A stretch of DNA of 64,000 bases from Bacteroidia bacterium (GTDB lineage: Bacteria; Bacteroidota; Bacteroidia; M30B66). Each line of letters starts with the position of its first letter. Positions within the stretch are counted from its first letter, which is position 1. Location of the stretch: contig OZ257142.1 in the NCBI GenBank assembly GCA_965279035.1, positions 2,656,001 through 2,720,000 on the forward strand, in the 5' to 3' direction. The translations under genes and the position numbers were made by a program. Shown piece by piece: positions 9,618 to 19,581 of this stretch. The notes beneath the pieces are model-generated. The model ran no database searches and was not told the DNA's origin. It saw only the letters and a program-made list of their open reading frames with translations.

Positions 9618-10529
9618 ATGAAATTATTAAAAGATCTATGTGCCGTTAGAGCTACTTCCGGAGATGAGGGCCCAATGAAGAAATTCCTGCTGGAATTTAT
9701 CCATCAAAATCAACATCATTGGAAAAACAAACCGCTAATCATAGAAAATGATGATTTGCAAGATTGTCTGTTACTCGTTTTTGGAAAGCCTCGAACTGTC
9801 ATCTTTGCTCATATGGATTCAATTGGATTTACCGTCCGATATAAGAATCAATTGGTAAAGATTGGAGGACCAAGAACCGTTAATGGTTATGCTCTGGTTG
9901 GTGAAGATTCTAAAGGTGAAATAGATTGCATCCTTTCGGTGGATGATGACGGTGAACTGAATTCTATATTTCACCGAACAATAGATATTGGAACTCCGCT
10001 TTCTTTTAAACCTGATTTTCGAGAAACATCAAGCCAAGTCCAATGTTGTTACATGGATAACCGACTAGGAATTTATTCCGCTTTAAAAGTAGCAGAAACA
10101 CTCGAAAATGGAATTATTGCTTTTTCATGTTGGGAAGAACATGGTGGAGGTTCGGTAAATTATATAGCCGATTTTATCTTTAAGAAATACAAGGTAAGAC
10201 AAGCTCTCATTTCTGATATTACATGGGTTACAGAAGGTGTTAAAGCTGGTAAAGGTGTTGCAATTTCAATTCGAGATTCTGGAATTCCAAGAAGATCATA
10301 CGTAAATAAAATTCGTGAGCTAGCCATTGAATCTAAAATTCCATTTCAATTGGAAGTGGAAGGAAGTGGAGGAAGCGATGGTACAGAATTGCAAAAAGGT
10401 CATTTACCTTTTGATTGGTGTTTTATTGGTGCTCCAGAAAAAAATGTCCATACCCCGGATGAAACCGTTCATAAAAAAGACATTCAAAGCATGATTGAGA
10501 TGTATCATTTTTTAATGAAACGTTTGTAA
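9618..10529 (+). CDS. M42-family metallo-aminopeptidase
   Basis: AHMDSIG, MDNRLG, WEEHG, SDI, GGSDG, HTPDE zinc-ligand motifs. Confidence 0.85.
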   Translation: MKLLKDLCAVRATSGDEGPMKKFLLEFIHQNQHHWKNKPLIIENDDLQDCLLLVFGKPRTVIFAHMDSIGFTVRYKNQLVKIGGPRTVNGYALVGEDSKGEIDCILSVDDDGELNSIFHRTIDIGTPLSFKPDFRETSSQVQCCYMDNRLGIYSALKVAETLENGIIAFSCWEEHGGGSVNYIADFIFKKYKVRQALISDITWVTEGVKAGKGVAISIRDSGIPRRSYVNKIRELAIESKIPFQLEVEGSGGSDGTELQKGHLPFDWCFIGAPEKNVHTPDETVHKKDIQSMIEMYHFLMKRL

Positions 10530-10532
10530 AAT

Positions 10533-10566
10533 AAGAAAGGCTGGAAGTAGTTCCAGCCTTTCTTTA
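10533..10566. terminator. Bidirectional terminator
   Basis: AAGAAAGGCTGGAA-GTAG-TTCCAGCCTTTCTT between convergent genes. Confidence 0.85.
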
Positions 10567-10583
10567 TCATAAAATTTTATTGA

Positions 10584-13500
10584 CTATTTTATCAAATTGA
10601 CCAATCCTTCGTAGCGTTGAATAAAACCACGATCATCGGTTACTTCAATCTTGTACAAATATGAACCTGGTGGGGCTGTTGTTGAAGAAGTAAAAGGTTT
10701 ACCGTCCCATCCATTTTCCATATCATAGGAAGCATATACTTGCTGTCCCCATCGATTAAATATGTATATATGAAATGCTTGCATTCCTTCACCATAAGGG
10801 CGGAAAAAATCATTCACTTCATCACCATTTGGAGTAAAACTGTTCGGAATATAAATTCTGTATCCGGTAGTAATTGTAATACTTCGTTCTAAAGAATCTA
10901 AACATCCAAACTCATTACCAACAAATTGATGAATCGAATAAATACCTGCTGTATCAGGAAATACATAATCTTGATTTAAGCCATACAGCGTATCTCCAGT
11001 TGAAATAACATACCAAACCGAATCTGCTTGCGTCGCCGTGCTGTTGAAAGAAATTTCTGGTTCAATCACTGTTGCTTCCAATTGATCTAAGCCGAAACCA
11101 GCTTTAGGAACAGGATTAATTAAAATGTATTGCTTACGATCTTTACTTGAAGAACAACCATGTGAAGTTGTTACATTTAAAGAAACGTCATATAAACCGG
11201 CTTCTTCATAATTAAAAGATGGTGTTTCAGATGCAGAAGGATTTCCTGTTCCAAAATTCCAGCTGTATATCATATTAGCTGGTCCAGTTGATAAATTGAT
11301 AAAATTCACTTTTACAGGCACACATCCAGTAATTACTTCAGCATAAAAGTCAGCTACTGGCTCAGGATAAATGATTACATCTGAAGTGTATAAATTACTG
11401 AAACAACCTGAGTCATCAATTTGAAGTGAGATAGTTTGTGATCCTGTAGTTCCGAAAGAAATATTTGAAGGATTTAAAATACTACTTGATGGGATATTAG
11501 CATTCGCACCAAAATTCCATATGAATGTAGCGGTTGGTGTAAACTCACCTTGTGCTTCAAAACTAAATGAGTTTCCATTGAGACACTGACCAGGAGGAAC
11601 TTCAAAATTCACAAATGGTGGAGCGGTTACAGAATAAAACAAGGTGTCTGTTGCATCACATTGTCCATCATTTGCCGTTAATATAAACTGATATGTTTGG
11701 GTGTTCGTGGTATTATTATACAATTGAATTGAAGCTTCCGATAATGTTGGATCTGAAATTCCAATTAAAGGTGTCCATTGATAAGTATAAGCTGGGTTTC
11801 CTGCAACACCAATCGTAGCAGTAGCTCCAGAACAAACTTCATGATCCGAACCTGCATCCACCAATGGTAATGAAAGCACTTGAATGTTTTGTGTTGAAGG
11901 CAATGATTGGCAACCTAAGGAAACTACAGATAAACCAATTGATTTACCACCTGTTGTGTTCCATTTTACAGTAATAGGACCTGGCCCAACAGTCGTATTC
12001 GCTAAACCATCACCAAAATCCCAATTATAGATTGCATTTGCTGGAGCAGATCCAGAATATTGTATAGTAGATTCTCCGTCCAAACAAACAGGTGTACTAG
12101 CTGTGAATGTTGATGAAGGTATCGGATTTACTACTACTTGAATTTGTGTAGGCAAGGACGGACAACCATTCTCTGTTACTGTTAAGTTTAGAAAATATGA
12201 ACCAGCAGTTCCCCAAGTAACATTGATTGGACCTGATGAAGTTGAAGTTAATGGTGTTGCAGTTGGGAATGACCAATTAAAAGTTGCTGTTGCCCCTGCT
12301 CCACCCGTATATGTTACGATACTTGGACTTCCTTCACATACAGGACTTAATGCTGTAAAAGAAGAAAGAGGTGTATTATATACTGTAACAGTTTGTGAAA
12401 TAGGTAATGAAGAACATCCATTTTCTGTAACAGTTAATGAAACAGTTTTTGTACCCGAAGCATTCCAATTTACATTATAAGGCCCAGAAGTTCCTCCAGT
12501 TGTTGATGCGATTCCTCCATCAAATGACCAAACATAAGTACCTGCACTTGTTCCTGTTCCGGTATAATTTGTTATTGCATTAATACCTGGACAAACGGCT
12601 GGTGTAATTGTAAATGCTGCAGTTGGAGTTGGGTAAACTGTTACCTGTTGTGTTGTTACAGTTGAAGTACATCCATTATCTGTAACAGTCAAACCAACGG
12701 CATGAGATCCAGAATTTGACCAAGAAACTTGTTGAATGCCTGAAGTTGTGCCTCCAGGCGTAATAGTCCCATTACTATATGTCCAAGCAAAAGAAGCATT
12801 AGCACTAGCGATTCCAGAATACGTTAAAGTTGATTGAATTCCAACACAAACACCTGTAGGATTAATCGTAAAAGTTGATGTTGGAATAGGATTTACAACA
12901 ACGGTATTGGTTGTTACAGTAGAAACACACCCGTTTTGAGTAACTGATAAAGTAATATTCTTAGAACCAGCAGTTGCCCAATTTACAGTATATGGCCCAG
13001 CACCAGTTCCGCTTGCAACAACACCACCATCCCAATTCCAAGTATAGGTTGCTCCCGCGGTTGCAGTTCCACTATATGTAATTGTAGCATTTTGATTTGG
13101 GCAAACAGAAGGAGTTGCCGTAAATGTTGATGTTGGAATTGGATATACTGTTACAGGAACAGTAGAAGTATTAGATACACAGCCATTATCGTTACATGAT
13201 AAAGTAATGTTCTTTGTTCCACCTGTTGGCCATGTTACACTTATTGGCCCTGAGCCAGTTGCTGGCGTTCCAGTTCCTCCATCAAAATTCCAAGTAAAAG
13301 TTGAAGTTAAAGCTGCAGTACCTGTATATGTTAATGTAGTTGAAAGTCCAGCACAAAGGGCATTGGGACTAACAGTAAATGTTGAAGTTGGAGGAGGTAG
13401 TATTGTAACTGTATGAGAAGTTACAGATGAAATACATGAGCCAACATGTACTTCTAAGTTAATAGTTTTAACTCCTGGTGTTGCCCAAGTAACTGAAAAA

Positions 13501-14942
13501 GGACCGATACCACTGGCCGGTGATGCCACGCCACCATTAAAATTCCAAACAAATGTAGCCGAAGCAGGTGCATTTCCAGTATAAGATACGGTAACCGGAG
13601 CTGCTCCACAAACTTGACTAGCAGAAGTAGTAAATGTAGATGTTGGTGATGGATATACATCAACTGTAGTAGTAAATGTATCAGCAGCACAAGCACCGCC
13701 ATTAATTCTCAAACTTACATTTTTAGTTCCTGAAGTAGCCCAGTTTACATTTTGTGGCCCCAAACCAGTGCCTGGAACTGCAGTTCCACTATCAAAATTC
13801 CATGTTGGAACGGCTGTCGCTGTTGGAGTTGGTTGCCCTATAAATGTAAAAAGAGAGGTTTCTTGACCAGCACAAATAGGGGAAGTAACAGTAAATGTTG
13901 CATCATATTTCCTAGGACGGATGATCACTGTATCTTTTACTACAACATTACCAATACAAGGAATACTGAATGTTGCTGTACAAATAACCGTTCTATTGGT
14001 TGTTGTGTTTAACATGAATGCAGTATAATTGGGATTATTTAAAGTCCCAACATTTGTCCCATTAACAGTCCACTGCAATGAAACCAAATTAGCTGTGATC
14101 CCATTTAAAGTACCTGTTGCAGGAGCATATTGAAATGCTTGATTTGACATTCCTCCAGTAACATTATTAAAACCTGTTGGAATACTACCACAGCTACACA
14201 TAGGACTAGAATTAGCCCCCATCAATCCCATAACCCAACCTGTATTCCATAGAGTAGCACAAGCTGGTTTATTAATTACATGAATTTGAATAATGTTCGT
14301 AGTTTCAAATAATTGAATTTGAAATGATGAATTCAAACCTGGGCAGTCGGTTCCAAAAAACGGTACATTATTCCAACTGATAATAAAACGACGATTTGGA
14401 GCAACACCCGTTGTTGTATAAGTCACAGAACCTCCTGTTCCTGGATTAAAATCTTGCCAACATGCCATAATAGCACTTTGAGGTGTGCCTGTATTACAAG
14501 AAGGTAAAGCTTCAGGAGTATAGTCGGTAGGAACCGGTTGAACAAAACTCACAAAACCATTGGGACTCACATACAATTGATTATAGGTGTTCCCATAAAA
14601 TTGAAAGGGGAAACCAATTGTAATGGCACCACTTGCTCCGTCATCTGCTAAAGAAATTGCTGTTCCTGTTGTTGGTCCAGCATTCAAAGGAATTGTTGAA
14701 TAATTGTATCCAACAAACATTTGAGAGCTATTTCCACTTACAGTTGTGTTAACTGTAGCATGCAAAGGAAGAGTTTGATTCGTACATAATACCGTATCGT
14801 TCGCAGGTGAGATAGAAAGTGTTTGCGAAAATAAATTACCAGTTATAATTAAGTAGCTGGCTAATACTAAGAGCCTCAGGTGGTTGGGGAGTAGAGTTTT
14901 CAATCTGTAAGCAGACTTTATCTGAATGTGCGTAGTATTCAA
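10584..14942 (-). CDS. Large PKD-repeat surface protein with nidogen-like N-terminal domain and T9SS type B (gliding-motility-associated) CTD
   Basis: About 8 tandem ~86-aa PKD-like repeats (PTSTFT..C...YTG...WNFDGG...GP..V.W...G.K...NGC); C-terminal IPNSFTPNGDEVND...IFNRWG...WDG. Start (TTG) uncertain. Confidence 0.85.
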   Translation of the reverse strand: MNTTHIQIKSAYRLKTLLPNHLRLLVLASYLIITGNLFSQTLSISPANDTVLCTNQTLPLHATVNTTVSGNSSQMFVGYNYSTIPLNAGPTTGTAISLADDGASGAITIGFPFQFYGNTYNQLYVSPNGFVSFVQPVPTDYTPEALPSCNTGTPQSAIMACWQDFNPGTGGSVTYTTTGVAPNRRFIISWNNVPFFGTDCPGLNSSFQIQLFETTNIIQIHVINKPACATLWNTGWVMGLMGANSSPMCSCGSIPTGFNNVTGGMSNQAFQYAPATGTLNGITANLVSLQWTVNGTNVGTLNNPNYTAFMLNTTTNRTVICTATFSIPCIGNVVVKDTVIIRPRKYDATFTVTSPICAGQETSLFTFIGQPTPTATAVPTWNFDSGTAVPGTGLGPQNVNWATSGTKNVSLRINGGACAADTFTTTVDVYPSPTSTFTTSASQVCGAAPVTVSYTGNAPASATFVWNFNGGVASPASGIGPFSVTWATPGVKTINLEVHVGSCISSVTSHTVTILPPPTSTFTVSPNALCAGLSTTLTYTGTAALTSTFTWNFDGGTGTPATGSGPISVTWPTGGTKNITLSCNDNGCVSNTSTVPVTVYPIPTSTFTATPSVCPNQNATITYSGTATAGATYTWNWDGGVVASGTGAGPYTVNWATAGSKNITLSVTQNGCVSTVTTNTVVVNPIPTSTFTINPTGVCVGIQSTLTYSGIASANASFAWTYSNGTITPGGTTSGIQQVSWSNSGSHAVGLTVTDNGCTSTVTTQQVTVYPTPTAAFTITPAVCPGINAITNYTGTGTSAGTYVWSFDGGIASTTGGTSGPYNVNWNASGTKTVSLTVTENGCSSLPISQTVTVYNTPLSSFTALSPVCEGSPSIVTYTGGAGATATFNWSFPTATPLTSTSSGPINVTWGTAGSYFLNLTVTENGCPSLPTQIQVVVNPIPSSTFTASTPVCLDGESTIQYSGSAPANAIYNWDFGDGLANTTVGPGPITVKWNTTGGKSIGLSVVSLGCQSLPSTQNIQVLSLPLVDAGSDHEVCSGATATIGVAGNPAYTYQWTPLIGISDPTLSEASIQLYNNTTNTQTYQFILTANDGQCDATDTLFYSVTAPPFVNFEVPPGQCLNGNSFSFEAQGEFTPTATFIWNFGANANIPSSSILNPSNISFGTTGSQTISLQIDDSGCFSNLYTSDVIIYPEPVADFYAEVITGCVPVKVNFINLSTGPANMIYSWNFGTGNPSASETPSFNYEEAGLYDVSLNVTTSHGCSSSKDRKQYILINPVPKAGFGLDQLEATVIEPEISFNSTATQADSVWYVISTGDTLYGLNQDYVFPDTAGIYSIHQFVGNEFGCLDSLERSITITTGYRIYIPNSFTPNGDEVNDFFRPYGEGMQAFHIYIFNRWGQQVYASYDMENGWDGKPFTSSTTAPPGSYLYKIEVTDDRGFIQRYEGLVNLIK

Positions 14943-15075
14943 AACAGTTTGCTAAATATACTAAAAAAATTTCGACTACATAAAATAGTTCCTTGATTAA
15001 ACAGTATATTTTATCAAATCAATAAAATATACCTGTATCCTTACTGTTATAATAGATTTTGAAGGTTATTAACAA

Positions 15076-17265
15076 CTATCGAACAAGTACAACTATTCCA
15101 GTATAAACATGTTCCGTGTTAAAGACGTCTTTAATCCAAAGTTTGTAATTATAAACACCTGTTTCTGATGGCTTTTTCCCTTCATTGGCTCTTCCATCCC
15201 ACTCTTCTGAATATGTGTTAGTCTGAAAAATTTCGACTCCCCATCGATCAAAAATAATCATGCGATAGGTTTTAAATCCTTCTCCTTTCGGGCTAAACGT
15301 TTCATTTATTCCATCACCATCGGGAGTAAATGCATTGGGTATATAACAAGTATAAATAGGATCAATACGAATTCTAATTTTTGAAGTATCATAACATCCT
15401 ACTTCATTCACTGCGATTATTTTGGCTTTATACCATCCAGTGTCAGTATAGGTGTATGTAATATTAGGATCATCTTGAATATCTCCATTTCCAGGATCTA
15501 ACCAACTTCCCGAATTCTCAGATGATAAATCAAAAAAAGTAATATTAGGTGTTAAAATACTCGCCTGGCGTGGATTTGCATCAATGCCAGCTAAAGGTCG
15601 AGGACGAATTTGAATAAATCCTGGATACGTTGTTTGAATTGTATCTGTACAACCAATAATATTTTGGACGGTTAATGATAAATCATAAATACCTGGTTCG
15701 GTATATATATGTGTTGGATTTGCTAATGTAGAAGTAGAACCATCGCCAAAATCCCAATAAAACAACGCACCGGGAGAGTAGTTTGAAAGATTTTGAAAAA
15801 CCAAGTTAGCAGGCTCACATGCATTTTGATTATTAACTGAAAAATCGACCGTTAACATTCCATAAACAGTTACTAAGACTGTATCGTGATCTTCGCAATG
15901 TGGATCGGTAATCGTTAAATAAACAGGCCAAATTCCTGGTTCAGACCAAACTACATTTTGTGGATTTTGTAAAGTAGATGTTGAAATGGATGCGGGACCT
16001 GTAAATTCCCATTGAAACGTTGCATTACTTTCGTACTGCCCAGATGCTTGAAATGAAAATGAGTTTGTTGAGATGCATTGAGGTGCTTGTTCGGGTATAA
16101 TTGCATCAATTTTTCGATAAACAGCAATATTTAAAAATGCTGTATCAGCGCAGGAATAACCTGGATTCGCAATAAGTAAAACAGTAAATTGACCTGAATC
16201 TGGATAAGAGTAAACAGGATTTGTTAATGTACTTACATCAGAAGTAATCCCAGCAACCCCAAAATCCCATAGATAATTGGCTGCATTCGTACTTTGATTT
16301 ACAAAACTAGCTTGCAAACCATTACATAAAGATGTTCCACCATTTATGTCACTTAATGGTGCTTCAAATTCTGCTAATGTAGTATTCCCACATTGAACTA
16401 CATTAAATTGAAAATCCCGTTTATTTACACTTAGCAATACACCATTACGGTATTCACTCACACACACGGCAACAACATATTGTCCAAGCTGAGTTGGATA
16501 AGCTGTTAGCATACCTGTAGCCGGATCAATACTTGCTTGTGGTGTTGAAGGCATTGGATTCGTAGCAGAATACGGACTAGAAAAACTAACAAAATTATAG
16601 GGTGGACCTGCCGGTGGAATTGGCATTGGGACATCTGGTGTAGCACCCTCAAATGGATCACAAAGAGAATACACAAGAACATCCCCATCAGGATCTGTTG
16701 CTGAATGATTAAAATTCAAATGATCATTAATACACAAAACGATAGGAGGAAAACCATTGTAACGCGGACTCGAATTACAGGATGTCCAAGCAGATTCAGG
16801 AATGTGTGCTACATATGTAGCTCCAGTATCACCCGGATTGTTAAGATTTAAAATCGATTGGTTTCTACAACAACGTTGGTAAACTAAAGTATAACCACCA
16901 GGATAAGAAGGCAATGAGACAACTTCAGAATAAATACATTCTTCAACACACACATTAGCAGCATCTTGAAAACATGGATTAATATTGATTGGAGGAATCA
17001 AATGACTCCCGGGATAAATCATTTCAACATTTCGAACAAATCCTCCATTCGAATTGTAAACTGCCACATTAGCTGGACTATCATATGGCGCTTGACCATT
17101 TAAGCAATCACGATATAATTTCAATGTGATTCGAAATTGTCCATTTCCTAGACAATCATAATATATTTCTCCTCCTATAATATGTGTAGCTTTAAGCAAA
17201 CCTGAATTAGGCAGCTGAATAAAAAAGAATAAAATAATCAGTAAAAATCTGATCATTAGTAACAA
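15076..17265 (-). CDS. PKD-domain protein with T9SS type B CTD
   Basis: N-terminal THIIGGEIYY...LYRDC, YQRCCRN; WDFG PKD motifs; IPNAFTPDGDGINE...FDRWG...WDG. Start could be ATG 17256. Confidence 0.85.
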   Translation of the reverse strand: MLLMIRFLLIILFFFIQLPNSGLLKATHIIGGEIYYDCLGNGQFRITLKLYRDCLNGQAPYDSPANVAVYNSNGGFVRNVEMIYPGSHLIPPININPCFQDAANVCVEECIYSEVVSLPSYPGGYTLVYQRCCRNQSILNLNNPGDTGATYVAHIPESAWTSCNSSPRYNGFPPIVLCINDHLNFNHSATDPDGDVLVYSLCDPFEGATPDVPMPIPPAGPPYNFVSFSSPYSATNPMPSTPQASIDPATGMLTAYPTQLGQYVVAVCVSEYRNGVLLSVNKRDFQFNVVQCGNTTLAEFEAPLSDINGGTSLCNGLQASFVNQSTNAANYLWDFGVAGITSDVSTLTNPVYSYPDSGQFTVLLIANPGYSCADTAFLNIAVYRKIDAIIPEQAPQCISTNSFSFQASGQYESNATFQWEFTGPASISTSTLQNPQNVVWSEPGIWPVYLTITDPHCEDHDTVLVTVYGMLTVDFSVNNQNACEPANLVFQNLSNYSPGALFYWDFGDGSTSTLANPTHIYTEPGIYDLSLTVQNIIGCTDTIQTTYPGFIQIRPRPLAGIDANPRQASILTPNITFFDLSSENSGSWLDPGNGDIQDDPNITYTYTDTGWYKAKIIAVNEVGCYDTSKIRIRIDPIYTCYIPNAFTPDGDGINETFSPKGEGFKTYRMIIFDRWGVEIFQTNTYSEEWDGRANEGKKPSETGVYNYKLWIKDVFNTEHVYTGIVVLVR

Positions 17266-17317
17266 AATAAATTCAAAAAAAGAAACAACTAATGTACTCT
17301 GTTTTAATAAAGAACAA

Positions 17318-19435
17318 TCATCTAATTACTGAAACTCTACCAATAAATTGTTCTTTCTCAAGTGTTGGTTTGGTAAGTATTACTTTGTATGCATATACAT
17401 CAATAGGAATTCGATCAAGCACTCCCCTTACTCCTGTACCCCATTTTTTATCATAATCATCCGTATGGAAAATTTCCTCTCCCCAACGATTGTATATATA
17501 CATTTCAAAGGAAACAAAACCTTCTCCCAATCCCGAAAAACTATCATTTAGTCCATCCCCATCTGGTGTGAATGCATTAGGAATATAAAAACTGAAAGGT
17601 GGATATGATTTTATAGGATTACTAACGGTGTCTTTACATCCATATATATTAGTAGCAATCAATTGAACATTAAATTTTCCAGTATCTGGAAACGTATACA
17701 ATGGGTTTTGATCATTCGATTCACCTATTCCATCTCCAAAATCCCAGTTCCATACATTCACTTCTGGATAGGATAAATCAGTAAATTGGATAGTAGAGTG
17801 TTCAAAGTATTGAAGAGTATATAAAGCATGTATTTCACGAACATTAACAGTCATCGATTTGGAAATTTTTATTCCACAACTATCTGTAACTGACAAATAA
17901 TAACTAGTTGATTCCATAGGCTTTACAAATCTATCTAGATTTTGCAAGCTACTATTATCCAACCAAGAATATACAAAAGGCGCTTTGCCCCCCGTTGAAT
18001 AACCAATTAAATGTGCTTCCTTCCCTTTGCAAATAGTAGTATCATTAGATAAATACAATTTCATTTTAGTATAATTCAAAATATTGGCAAGTATAGAATC
18101 ACTAGCTACTGAACCACATTGATCTGTAGCTGTTACAACATACCATGTTGAAGAATCTGGATATACTGTTATAGGATTGCCAATGGTTTGCCCAATCCAA
18201 TTTATAGAATATGGTGAAACTCCGCCAGTTACTACAGCATTTAAATTCACAGGTGTTAATGGACAAATTAATGTTACATTCTGTCCCGGATCAACATCTA
18301 AAAGTGGTGGAGGATCATATATAAAAAAATCAACTCGCTTAATTTCTATTGTTGTACAACCTGTATCTCGGTAAATGATGGAAACCGTTTCACCTCCCGA
18401 TTCTGTGATATTATCGGGTAAGGCAAAAATATTAAAATCAACCTCGCTTTGACCAGGTTGAAATGTGATTGTAGTTGGAAAGGTTGAATAGTCAGTTCCA
18501 AATTGAGCTGAACCAGCATGTTCTAAATAAATTGTTAGAGCTTCGTTTGTTGAACCAGTTCTTTTTAAAATAATCTTATTATTTCCACAGCTTTCATAAA
18601 TAACATCGGATCCATTTATATAACTCGGCTTTTGTTCAATTGTAACTTCAGGAGATGAGAAACTGGAGGATTCTAAAAAAACAGCTGAATCATAAATTCC
18701 ATCCTTTACGTCAGCAATAACTAAAGTAATGGTATATGTTTGACAGGGAATAACTGTTGCTTGAGCAATAAATGGTTTAGTAAATCCATCAAATTGAACG
18801 GTTGGCCCTCCCCCATTTATTCCATTTCCATTATCAATATAGTAGGATGCAAAACTTCCCGAATTGATGTTATTGATTGCTACAGGTAAATTTGTTCCAG
18901 GGATAAGAGCAATATTTTGAGCACCTGTAATACCGGGACCTTGGATAAAGAAAGCAAATGCATCATTAAATTCAGAACCTACAAATTCTGGATATTCTTC
19001 GGAAGCAAAAACATATTTAAATTGAACTTTATCGCTTTCACAAAAGAAATTGAATCGTAAAACAGCAGCATCTTTAGATTCTACATTCCCACCTAAGAGT
19101 TGTTCTATTTGAGCATTACCACCAACCGACAAATCTTGACCAGAACTGGGAGTGTTGTTGGGTCCTGGTGCATCTTGAATTATGCCAGTACTCATAATAA
19201 CACCTGAAGTTAAACCGATATTTGAATTTGTTCCATCAAAACGGCCCAACATAGAAGATGAGCCATTAAATGTAATATTCGAAACTGTAACACCAGAACC
19301 AACTAATACATTTTGTACTAAAGTGGAAGCATTTTGTTGGTTAACAATTAACTGGGCATTTGTAAAAGCAGGAACCAACAGCAAAATTGCTGAGATTGTT
19401 TGAAGAATTATGTTGCTTTTACCGTTTGAACCCAT
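17318..19435 (-). CDS. Choice-of-anchor L domain protein with Calx-beta-like and PKD domains and T9SS type B CTD
   Basis: LVQNVLVGSGV, YVFASEEYPEFVGSEFNDAFAFFI, NIALIPGT, FDGFT, IADVKDGIYDSAVF; IPNAFTPDGDGLND...YNRWG. Confidence 0.88.
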   Translation of the reverse strand: MGSNGKSNIILQTISAILLLVPAFTNAQLIVNQQNASTLVQNVLVGSGVTVSNITFNGSSSMLGRFDGTNSNIGLTSGVIMSTGIIQDAPGPNNTPSSGQDLSVGGNAQIEQLLGGNVESKDAAVLRFNFFCESDKVQFKYVFASEEYPEFVGSEFNDAFAFFIQGPGITGAQNIALIPGTNLPVAINNINSGSFASYYIDNGNGINGGGPTVQFDGFTKPFIAQATVIPCQTYTITLVIADVKDGIYDSAVFLESSSFSSPEVTIEQKPSYINGSDVIYESCGNNKIILKRTGSTNEALTIYLEHAGSAQFGTDYSTFPTTITFQPGQSEVDFNIFALPDNITESGGETVSIIYRDTGCTTIEIKRVDFFIYDPPPLLDVDPGQNVTLICPLTPVNLNAVVTGGVSPYSINWIGQTIGNPITVYPDSSTWYVVTATDQCGSVASDSILANILNYTKMKLYLSNDTTICKGKEAHLIGYSTGGKAPFVYSWLDNSSLQNLDRFVKPMESTSYYLSVTDSCGIKISKSMTVNVREIHALYTLQYFEHSTIQFTDLSYPEVNVWNWDFGDGIGESNDQNPLYTFPDTGKFNVQLIATNIYGCKDTVSNPIKSYPPFSFYIPNAFTPDGDGLNDSFSGLGEGFVSFEMYIYNRWGEEIFHTDDYDKKWGTGVRGVLDRIPIDVYAYKVILTKPTLEKEQFIGRVSVIR

Positions 19436-19502
19436 TTGCTTTGTGAACGCAGAATCCGATGGATTGTTTTATCTATCGAAGGTTTAAAAACCGGGCGCCT
19501 TT

Positions 19503-19518
19503 AGCGAATTCTGTGCCA
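19503..19518 (-). promoter_or_regulatory. Putative sigma-54 (-24/-12) promoter TGGCACAGAATTCGCT
   Basis: TGGCAC then GG-N10-GC spacing, oriented toward the type-B-CTD gene cluster, ~70 nt upstream of ATG 19435. Confidence 0.55.
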
Positions 19519-19581
19519 GTTCTTAGTCAAATTTAGTGTAAACTTTCGTCCAATTTTAAATTCTTCAACAAACTTTTCAAT

